Source: Azolla caroliniana (taxonomy: Eukaryota; Plantae; Polypodiophyta). From it: a stretch of 64,000 nt of DNA. Positions 50,892 through 61,110 of the stretch are shown here, one piece after another. A program made the translations under genes and the position numbers. Location of the stretch: NCBI GenBank assembly GCA_043228905.1, contig JBHGNT010000158.1, positions 70-64,069 of the forward strand, written 5' to 3'. Position 1 is the stretch's first letter. Each line of letters opens with the position of its first letter. Under the pieces are notes generated by a model, which was not told where the DNA came from, ran no database searches, and saw nothing but the letters and a program-made list of their open reading frames with translations.

Positions 50892-52952
50892 TCACAAACC
50901 CAGGAACTCTGGGCAATTCATGAGTTGCTCGGTGCCTTGTGTACATTGATTCCCAATTCTCAGAGCTTTGATCTTCTCTAGATCCTCCAACATACCAGCA
51001 GTGCTACAGATATTATCCATGCAGACATAAGGCCAAGCAAACTTTTCATCCAACCGTACTGCATGTTCAAAGGCCAAGCTTGCAAGTTCCAAATTCCCCC
51101 ATTTTTGACATGCACTCAGTAAAGCAAGCCATGCAGGAAGATGATCAGTTGGTGGCATCTGTTTTATCAGTTCCACCAACTTGTCAAAGTGCCCTGAACA
51201 ACCAAAGAGGTTTATCATGCAAGTGTAGTGCTCCGGATTTGGGAAGATGCCATATCTTGTGGTCATAAACTCAAAGTACATCTGACCATCGGTCACTAAA
51301 CCTGAGGAGCTGCATGCAGTAAGCACAACCATAAATGTTACGAGAGTTGGCTCTATACCATCCCTAATCATTTCCTTAAATATGTCATGAACTCTCGAAT
51401 GCTCACCAAGTTGGGCATATCCAGTGATGAGTGCATTCCAAGTTACTACATTCCGAACTTGAATTTGATCAAAAACTTCTTTTGCTCTTTGAATTAACCC
51501 ACATTTAGCATACATATCCACCAATGCAGTACCAAGAGTAGTATCTTCAACTAGAAAACCTCCTCTAACAATCTCAGAATGTATCTCTTTGCCTCTCTCA
51601 CCTGCTCCTATGCTACTACTAGCTTTTAGTGTACAAAGCAAGGTCACTGCATCTGGTGAGACACCCTCATCTTGCATCTTTTTGAAATAGTTCAATGCTT
51701 TTTCACCATGCCCTTGCTCACAGAATTCAGAAATTAATGCATTCCAAGAGACCACATCCCGGGCAGGAAGTCCATCAAACACTTGTTGTGCCTTTACAAG
51801 TTCACCACACTTTGCATACATTTCAACCAACGCAGATCCAACCATGCTATTCGTCTGCAATACTCCTATCTCAATCATGCTATGTATTTCCTTTCCCTTT
51901 TGAGTGACACATAAGCTGCCACAGGCCTTGAGAATACATGAAAATGTCACGACATCTGGAGGAAAAGCCTCACATTGCATCCGTGCAAAACAGCTTAATG
52001 CTTCTATCTCATGTCCCTGTTGACAATATCCTGAAATCAGAATGTTCCAAGTTACAGCATCCCGAATGTGATGTTGATCAAAAACTTCTTGTGCCTTTAG
52101 GACAGCATGGAATTTCCCATACATATCCATCAATGCATTTCCAAGAATGATATCCTTTCCCAACAATCCTCCTCTTAGTATCTCTGCATGTATTTCTTTG
52201 GCCTTCTCAGAAGCACCTATGCTCCCACAGGCTTTCAATATGCAAGAAAACGTCACCGCATCAGGAACAAGGCCTTTGTGTTGCATATGTTCATAACACT
52301 TGAGTGCTTCATCACCATGCCCATTTTCAGCATATCCTGAAATGAGTGCAGTCCATAAGACTAAGCTTGGATCATGGAGGTTGTCAAAAACTTTTCTTGC
52401 TTCTTCGATTGCTCCACATTTGGCATACATATCTACCAATGCAGTGCCAAGTAAATCACTAGATTCTCCCAAAATGCCCTCTTTCACAATCTCAGAATGG
52501 ATTTCGTTGCCCTTCTCAACTGCTCCTATGCTGCCACAAGCTTTCAAGGTGCACACAAAGGTTACCTCATTTGGAAGGAGGCCCTCATATTGCATTTCTT
52601 CAAAACATTTCACAGATACCTTGCCAATCCCATATTTAGCATATCCTGCAATTAGAGCAGTCCAGGAAACTACATTCCTGACTGGAAGCTCATCAAAAAC
52701 TTGTTGCGCCTTTACAAGTGACCCACATTTAATGTACATATGAACTAAGGTATTACCTACAGAAATGTTCTTTTTAAGCAATCCCCTCTTAACAATTTCT
52801 GTGTATATTCTGGTTCCTTTGTCCAAATCCCTTTCTCTGGAACAGGCCTTGATGGAGAGCAAAAGAGCAACATGTTCTTCGAACTTGGCTGCCTTCCTAC
52901 CTTTACTGCGGGGAATAGGAGGGTTCCTCTCCTCTCCACAGAAGATCGCCAT
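50892..52952 (-). CDS. PLS-class PPR protein with E domain, no DYW
   Basis: P-L-S triplets (NVVSWTALIAGY / VTFVCTLKACGSIGA / TALVDMYAKCG), ending EHYTCMINLFG...WLALLSAC...PYVCMDN. True start uncertain. Confidence 0.93.
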   Translation of the reverse strand: MAIFCGEERNPPIPRSKGRKAAKFEEHVALLLSIKACSRERDLDKGTRIYTEIVKRGLLKKNISVGNTLVHMYIKCGSLVKAQQVFDELPVRNVVSWTALIAGYAKYGIGKVSVKCFEEMQYEGLLPNEVTFVCTLKACGSIGAVEKGNEIHSEIVKEGILGESSDLLGTALVDMYAKCGAIEEARKVFDNLHDPSLVLWTALISGYAENGHGDEALKCYEHMQHKGLVPDAVTFSCILKACGSIGASEKAKEIHAEILRGGLLGKDIILGNALMDMYGKFHAVLKAQEVFDQHHIRDAVTWNILISGYCQQGHEIEALSCFARMQCEAFPPDVVTFSCILKACGSLCVTQKGKEIHSMIEIGVLQTNSMVGSALVEMYAKCGELVKAQQVFDGLPARDVVSWNALISEFCEQGHGEKALNYFKKMQDEGVSPDAVTLLCTLKASSSIGAGERGKEIHSEIVRGGFLVEDTTLGTALVDMYAKCGLIQRAKEVFDQIQVRNVVTWNALITGYAQLGEHSRVHDIFKEMIRDGIEPTLVTFMVVLTACSSSGLVTDGQMYFEFMTTRYGIFPNPEHYTCMINLFGCSGHFDKLVELIKQMPPTDHLPAWLALLSACQKWGNLELASLAFEHAVRLDEKFAWPYVCMDNICSTAGMLEDLEKIKALRIGNQCTQGTEQLMNCPEFLGL

Positions 52953-53780
52953 ACGACTCAACAACATCTCTGTTTCAACAATATCTCTGTTTCAGCGACG
53001 TGCCCATCCATTACATACATATATATTCCATGTGCTAATTTAGATGTAATCCTCCATAGCTAGCCCCTGATGAGATCAAACTAATGTCAGAATTAACTTA
53101 CTCTATATTATGTTTTCAGATCAGATAAACATGAAGATATACAGGACAGGGTATACACTTTCACAAGTATTACGTGAAATGTAATATTTTATGGTCTCAT
53201 TATTCATAGGTCATATTTGACCTCCAAAGGCAATAATAAAATCTATCTATCTATCCATCTTAATGGATACATAAGATTAGTGGCTATATAACATGCTCTT
53301 TTATGCTTAAGGTTATGCCGCAATCATGCCCCGGCCTTACTATTCACCCCACGAGCTCATCTCTTCAATTCGCTTCTTGACTCTCCTTCTATATCCTGTC
53401 TCACCTCTCAGCTTTAGCCTTTCCCTTTGAGGATATGATGGCAAATAGACTCATTGGCAGTTGTTAGTAACTCCATTACCCACCTATTATATGCAATGGA
53501 AGAATCGTTGTTGGATCGTGTCCCAACGTTAGTACTTGGTTTGCGTTCGTTGCTTCTCATCCTTCATTCCCTTCTCATTATACACAAACACGTGGGGTGG
53601 TCATGTCTTCATCGATCCCCTAAGGCACGCTCCTTTGGTAACACATATTTTTGTCCGCATTAACATTATTTTGAATAAAAAACACTTCAATTTGGTAAGC
53701 CAAGAAGACAAGAGAGAGGCATTGGCCAATTTCCAATCATATCATAGAGTAAAAAGAACACGTTATAGGGAATTTGCTCA

Positions 53781-53967
53781 AAGAAGGTTATTTGCTTAAA
53801 CGGGTTAGTCTTTTGCTTAAAGAAGGCTTATTTTCTTAAACGGGTTTATCTTTTGCATAAAGAAGGTTATTTGCTTAAACGGGGTATTAGTTTTACTTAA
53901 AGAATGATATTTTGCTTAAACAAGGCTATTTGCTTAAATGGGGTTGTGTTTTTTTTCTTAAAGAAGG
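53781..53967. repeat. About 40-bp tandem repeat in the PPR/SCEP1-like divergent intergenic region
   Basis: aagaaggttatttgcttaaacgggtt...ttttgctta, about 4-5 copies. Confidence 0.85.
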
Positions 53968-54034
53968 ATTCTTTGGATCACTAGGCTCTTGAAGCTTTCC
54001 ATCGCTACACAGACGCAAGTACATCCGCTTTCGA

Positions 54035-56068
54035 ATGGAGGATCACACGATCCGAGCTCTTCGTGCTCACATCACCGGTAAGATTTCACACTCGCTGTAT
54101 ATGCGCAGCAGATCTATGGCTTCTTTCGATCTGGATCCCCCCTGATGTATGTACTACATACATGGGACGCATCTGATTTCCAGCCATTTTATTGATCCCT
54201 GCAGATTATGAAAACAAGGTTGCTGATGTTGGCCTCGAGCTATTCCGACAGAAGAAATCACTGGAATCGAAAGAGAAAGAGTTGAAATACGGTATGCATT
54301 CATGTTCTTGTTGGGGATCGACACACGCACGCACTCTCTCTTTCTCTCTCTCATGGCCTTTCTGTAGATCATTTCATGGTTTCTTCTTCTTCTTCTGATA
54401 TTATTCTTAGACCTATACTTGTGCAGTGAATGAAGAAACTAAACGTTTACGTTCTTGCACCGACGATGTTTTAAAGAAGATCGAGGAAGCGTCCCAAGCT
54501 CTATGGAAACAGCAGAATGCGATTGCAACACTCCAAACAGACTCAGTTTCTCTAGCCCAGGTAAGAAACTGCATCACCTTATACCTAAACGTTTTCATCA
54601 TATTTATTCTTAGAACCTGAGTGTCACTAGTATTTTTTGCACGTCAAAGGCTCTTGACCTGTTGAAGAACGAGATTATAAAACGAACAGCAACCTCGAAG
54701 GAGACCAAGTATATTAATAGTGTTGTTTTTTTGTTATTTTCTAGTTGAAGGCCTTTATTAATATTGTCTTCTAATATTTATGTATGTATATATAGGATCG
54801 CAAACCAGAAATGCTTAGATGACCTGGTGATGAAATCTCAGGAACACCAGGTTATATATGTCGCAACCTAATCAATTTCAGTAAATTGAAATATGCAGTT
54901 GTTTCCAGTCTATACATAAGAACGTTTCTCAGAATCTTCTGATACATTAAAGTGTGTCTTTTGTAGGCTTATTATGATTCGCTGGAAATAGTGAAGAAGA
55001 TTAGAGAGGTAAATATCATAGCGGCTATGATATTTCAAACTAATTCTGCTATGATTTGGAAGAATAATATTGCTGAAATTTATGTTCCGACAGCTTGATA
55101 GAATGGATACGTCTCAAGCAGGTACACACAATTTAATGTTCTAATTTCATGTATATCAGGGAGCTTTCAATCGAAACATATTTAATGTACGGTGATAATT
55201 ATGGACAGATGCCAAACAGCAATGCCTCTCCATGGATACAGATAAGAGGACGAATCAGGTTAGCAACAATGAATGGATACTGATGAGCAGACAAACGTTC
55301 TCTGCAACGTCTAATCAAATATTATATTAAAAGCCTGTGTGCACGTCATGAATCTTGATATCGATCTCAATCTTTATAACTTTTTAGCATTTACTTTGTA
55401 AAAGATGTCTCATTTCTGTCCATTTGTAATGTCCCTATATTCTGCTACTGTAATCGAAAAATCATGTGTACAGAAATCAGCAGCTTTGGAGCGTGAACTT
55501 GATGGCCTTAGAAGATCATGTCAGACGATCCAGTCTCAGATTGAAGAGGTTTTCTTTCGTTTTGAGGGGGATTTCTATGCTTTGAAAATTGTCTTCATTC
55601 GTGTCTAACCGTCCATTGGAAAAACTCACAGACAGAAACTTGCCTGAAACAATTGTTTAGCAAATATTCAAAATCACAGGTATAATTTATATATCGTGCC
55701 AATTCTTCAAGAGCGCATCATAATTGGCGTAAATGAATACGATTACATATTATCCATTGATGACAGGAGGGGCATCAGGATGTCGAACTTGATGAACTTG
55801 CAGCAAGAGTGCAGGATATCGGAGATGAGAGGGAGAAAGAGGAAGAATACATAAAATCATTGCAGACAAGTTTAAGCCAGATTATGGTGATACATTGTGT
55901 ACCTTAATAGTGTCGCTCATAATTGTTCTTCTTTGCATCTGATTTTAATAACATAAGAGATACTTCTTATGAATACAGGCCCTGAAACAACTAGTGGAAT
56001 GTAGTTCTTGCGGGCACAGCTATCTTGTGAGCCTTGACAATACCCAGGAAACACCAGCTGCGATGTAA
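54035..56068 (+). CDS. SCEP1: Coiled-coil protein with C-terminal CxxC, putative synaptonemal complex central element protein SCEP1, 12 exons
   Basis: Exons 54035-54077, 54205-54291, 54427-54560, 54650-54708, 54796-54850, 54967-55008, 55094-55121, 55209-55258, 55474-55548, 55632-55679, 55767-55886, 55979-56068. All are GT-AG and phase-compatible. Protein: MEDHTIRALRAHITDYENK...ETKRL...QTDSVSLAQALDLL...EEYIKSLQ...VECSSCGHSYLVSL. The gene model is solid; the SCEP1 identity rests on recalled similarity to At1g33500. Confidence 0.75.
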
Positions 56069-56399
56069 TAAATTACCAGCACATGTTAAGAGAACAAATG
56101 CAGAAACGAGCGTAATGTTCTTCATTGCTGAGTATAAACAATTTTGCAAGCCTTCCATATGCAGAAAATGACTAGAGGTGAAATATGATCTGTGTATACA
56201 TTTGTATATAAAGTAAATAGAATGACCAAGAAAACTTTGAACATCAACTTAACTTTTAAGAACGTTTGATTTGCTGTATAAATTCTGATGTATGTAAAGA
56301 CTTATTGGTTCTATCGTTTGTTAATGCATCACATCGTCCAGGCTCTACTTGTCTATTGGGATATCAATGACTGTAGACGTAGAGGCTTATTGGGATGTT

Positions 56400-57620
56400 A
56401 GCGTAAGCATTGATGATCTCTTTGTTACATCCATGCTTGGCATAAGTTGTTATCACCTTGCATTCATGATGTGATATTCATAATGGGCCAATTTATAATC
56501 TCTCACCATCAAAGTTGAGTCGATTTATCCAATATTCTAAACCCTTTGATGCATGACCATCTCCTTAGTTTGGTCATGGATTATCAAGGATTGAATAAGG
56601 ACATTGCTCAAAATAGACATGGTTTGCATGATGTTCTCAAGACTTTTGGAGCATCTCAGTGGAGCCAAATAGTTCCAAAAGCTAGATCTTTGAACTGCTT
56701 ATAAAGTAGTCTGAATTCATCCATGGGATGAATGGAAGATTACTTTTTGCACTTGATATAGACATTTTAAATACATTGTAATGCCTTACAATCTCATGAA
56801 ACATATAGCAAAAGATGTTTTTCGTGATTTTCGTAATATTTTCACCATATTTTGTTTAGATGACATCTCAATCTAATTGAAGACCCAAGAGGCGCATGAT
56901 GTCCATGTTCATCAAGCTCTACATGCTTTGTGATAATACGGTGTCTATGCCAAACTAGAGAAGTATTGTTTCTAACTACAATCAAGTGGATATAATCTCA
57001 CTAAGAGAAATCACTATGGATCTAACAAAGGTTCAAATGGTTCTAGAATGGCATAAAACATCTTCACTAAGGGATATGCAAAGTTTCCTAGAATTCACAA
57101 ATTTCTATTATAATCTCATCAAGAATTACATAAAGATTGTGTTGCCTCTCATATAGCTTACACAAAAGGATCAATCATTTGCATGGACATCCAAATTGGT
57201 AGAGGTGCTTGACAATTTAAAGAGAGTCTTCACATTAGCCCCGATTTTGCTCCATGTTGATCTAGCCAAGCCCTTCTTCATGGATGTCTATGCATTTGAT
57301 AGTATCTTGTCACAAACTATGGATCGTAGGCAATTGCATGTAATCACTTTTCAATTTTGAAAATTCATAGCGTCCAAAATCAAGGATGAAATCTGTGTCA
57401 ACGAGCTTATGGCTATAGTCTATTCTTTTGAATAGTGATGTCATTTGATGGATAGTTATCCCAATAAAATCATTATTTATAATGATTAAAGAATCTAACA
57501 TACCTTTAGAATGTTCGAGTTCTAAATAAATGACAAGCTCCTAGCACAAAGTTTCTAATGTGTTTCAAATTCTTTATTGCAACAAGGCAAACTGGATGCA
57601 CAATATGAGTGCTCCTATCT
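56400..57620 (+). mobile_element. Degenerate Ty3/gypsy RT-RNaseH remnant
   Basis: Eroded motifs RLLEHLSGAK*FQKLDL, LDDI, VLEW, QSFLEFTNFY..LIKNY and PILLHVDLAKPFF, with many stops and frameshifts. Confidence 0.8.
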
Positions 57621-57883
57621 GACATCTCAAACAAAAGAGTCCCTAGGTTTTACTCTCCTACAACCGACATATCTTCAATGCAATCACCAGTTTAAGCCAA
57701 TGACAACATTTGCATATACGTGTTCACCCAATGTGCATGTTGTTTGAGATCCAAGTACTCCTAGTAAAGAGATTAAAGTGTCATGTCAACCTCGTGTATT
57801 AATGACAGTTTAGAAACCTTTGGGTAGTATGAGTTGCACTAACCTTTAATTATCCACAATGACATACTACATCAGAAAATATT

Positions 57884-58428
57884 TATCAACACTTAGCGAC
57901 CACAATGGAGATGTTTAGTGTATAGCAACTACAATGACATGACATTCACGAATTGACCAATAACACTAGCTTTTCTTTGCCAATAAGATTGGAGCACATC
58001 AACAATTGGCGACCACAATGGAGATGTTTAATGTATAGCCATTACAATGAGATGACATTCACAAATTTACCTGTAGCACTAGGTTTTCTTTACCATTAAA
58101 AGTGTGCAAACTACATTTGTCAAATCCTACATTAAATATGAGCCCCTAGGGGCATATCAACACTTGGCGGCCACAATGGAGATGTTTAGCGTGTAGCAAC
58201 TACAATGAGATGACATTCACGAATTGATCAATAGCACTAGGTTTTCTTTGCCAATATATTGTGCAAACTACATTTGTCTAAGGCCCTAATAGCATATCAA
58301 CACTTGGCAATCACAATGGAGATGTTACTATGTAGCAACTACAATCAGATGACATTCCCGAATTGACCAGTAACACGAGGTTTTCTCTACCAATATGATT
58401 GAGAAAACTACATTTGTCAACTCCTACA
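57884..58428. repeat. Tandem repeat of 115-160-bp units, 4 copies
   Basis: atcaacacttggcgaccacaatggagatgttta...acaatgagatgacattcacgaatt...gcactaggttttct recurs at about 57884, 57998, 58156 and 58295. Confidence 0.9.
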
Positions 58429-60635
58429 TGAACCGTTGGGATCATTCATGCAAGTTTCCAATGTGTTGCATGTATGGCCCTAACTAAAGTCCATTTAGTA
58501 ACCCACAACTTTCATGACTTAGATCCAATGTCCAAGGATAACTAGGTGTATCCAATCATAGGATAAGTAAAGAGAAGGCAACATTGGTTCACCACCTAAC
58601 AATTCTATAGCTCCCATCAATCATGTAAATTTCAATCACAATCAAGAGGCCATTGGCAATCTGATGCCATGTCAATCAATGTTTCTCAAAGCGATTAGTG
58701 TGGAATACAAAAGCGATTAATGTTTTTCAAAGCAAATTTCATGTCAATATGGAATACCAGCCACTTCGCTCAAGTCAATGTCGTCAATGCCAACCTCTCA
58801 AAGCATATGGAGTTTGGCCTCTCTTGAATGGCCAAGCCATTGGCCACCAACATGCATTATCAATTACCAACCGGTTAATTTCCCACCTTCGACACACTCT
58901 ATCTCGTCTTCAGACACATGTTTGATAGGAAGCCACCCATGTAAGAGGCCCATACTGCTTTTACATAGTGTAACTCTCTCACAAGATGTTGCACTCCAAT
59001 TATCTCATCTAGTTTGAGGACTTGTGCCACATTCTAGCTTAACCACGTTTGAAAGCAACGTTTAATTTAGTGACCAACGAACTCTTTTGTACCCATGTGA
59101 GCATGACAAACTTCATTACCAACATGTTTGACTCCATGATGGAAAGGATGTTGAATTTGGACCACAACTAGTGACAGAGCCCCTTCAAAATGTACAGTCT
59201 TTCCCAAAGCATTCCCTCAATCTAAGAGCTATGTTTCTACCAAGCTATATAATCCATTACATGCCTCACCATTAATCACTTCTCACCAACTACCAAAAGC
59301 AGCTTGAATCACTATTTATAGCTCTGGCCTTCACTCAATGAACCGTTGTGATGCTCACCCAAACAACATCTAAGGTGCAAAAATTTGAGGTTGAGCTTGC
59401 AAATCAATGAGCACCAACCCTCACAATGAGAGCTTATTTTTCGGCATCAACATACACCTCGATGCCATTTGAGATGCCACTATACCCATTGATGCCTCTA
59501 CATGCAAAGGTGTAATATTCACATATTTTGGCAATGTTGACTTCCTTGTACCTACTATCGTCAAGTGACCGTTCAACCGTATGTGCACCACACCTATTGT
59601 GAGAGATATTAAAACACTCAACTCAAACATAAAATGTTCCTACATATGTTGGATTCACTATAGTTTTCATCCTCATCCAGACATATTGAAATATGATATT
59701 GACCTTATACTCGACTCTATGAGGCAAACATTAACCATGTTATCTATCTTTCTTGTCTTAACCTAGAATTAGAGAAGTTTGACTCAAATTTAGTCAGGGG
59801 TGTATGATTCAAGCCTACGTGATGGTATCTCCAACATTTGTATTGCATTGCACTAGTATAATAATCATTTGTTTGGCATCTTTCCGCTATATGCTCATCT
59901 CTTTAAGGTTATCATTTGTCTCTTTAATTTCTTGCATCTTGTATGCATGTAGCTTCCATAAGAAGCAACTCGCCATATTGTGTACCCATGTGCCTTCAAT
60001 GGATCTCAAACTTTGACTTGTGTTTCATTGATTGCTATTGACCTCCAAATTTTTTGGTATGCTTGAATGAAAATTCTATTTCATTTCCTTCATTTTTGAG
60101 AATACCCCAACATTTTTCAGCTTCCCATATTGCCATTTTCACGTGTCATTAGCCCAACTCGAACTAACCACAAGATAAGTGTGACCTAAACTCTAAACTC
60201 AACCACTCAGGATAATTCATGATCTTCTTTGAATAGAGAAGCAACTTTTTGAACTACATTTAGTAATGAGAGCTACTTCAGTGTAGTATAAGACATGATT
60301 TCCAATCTAAGGGCATGTGAAACTTGCTAGTATAAAAATGGAACGTGAGAAATCATCTCAGTTTCTTTCCAAGAAGGTTTGATAACAACAGATATTTCCT
60401 TTGCTTTTGGGTTTTTGAACTTCCCTTTGGTATTACAATGCAAAATGACAATTAAATACTTGAGGTGGTTTCAGGTTTGGCAGATATTTGCAAATGGACA
60501 GACAGCCTAAGGCAAGGGCAGTTGCATTTTTACCCCATGTTTAGTTGAGGGGTATCTATAACAAGGTAGGAAACTAGTTGATTTGCTAAATGATGGTGAA
60601 GACATTCAAACTGAGGCATCATTGGGGATCTGGTA

Positions 60636-60795
60636 TGTTACGGGCATGACCATATAATATCCACGTGTATAGAATACTACAGTAAATTCTCACCACGGGA
60701 TATTATATGGTCATGCCACCCTCACACTTATCCACGTGTATAGAATACTACGGTAAATTCTCACCACGGGATATTATATGTTCATGCCCGTAACA
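60636..60795. mobile_element. 160-bp element with 27-bp TIRs (TGTTAC...GTAACA) and 5-bp TSD TGGTA
   Basis: tggta|tgttacgggcatgaccatataatatcc ... ggatattatatgttcatgcccgtaaca|tggta. One mismatch between the TIRs. Confidence 0.85.
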
Positions 60796-61110
60796 TGGTA
60801 ACCTTTACAAGTGGAAGATATTGCATTACCTTTGCACTGGGTCACCCACATAACATATTAGTTGATCCACAACCCTGTCATCTGAAAGATCCTCTTGGTC
60901 TCTCCACTCATTACTCCAACCACAAATGCTAGATCAGGTAGCAATGTATTGCACACAAACACAGCATGCTTTCCACCAAGAAAATCAATAATCTCACCTG
61001 CATCATCGAGAAACATTTACCTTTGACAACATTGAATTGTCTACATTTTCATCAAGGGCTCCATTTTTAGCATCATTGCATAGAACTCATGAATGCTTCT
61101 AGTCTTTGTG

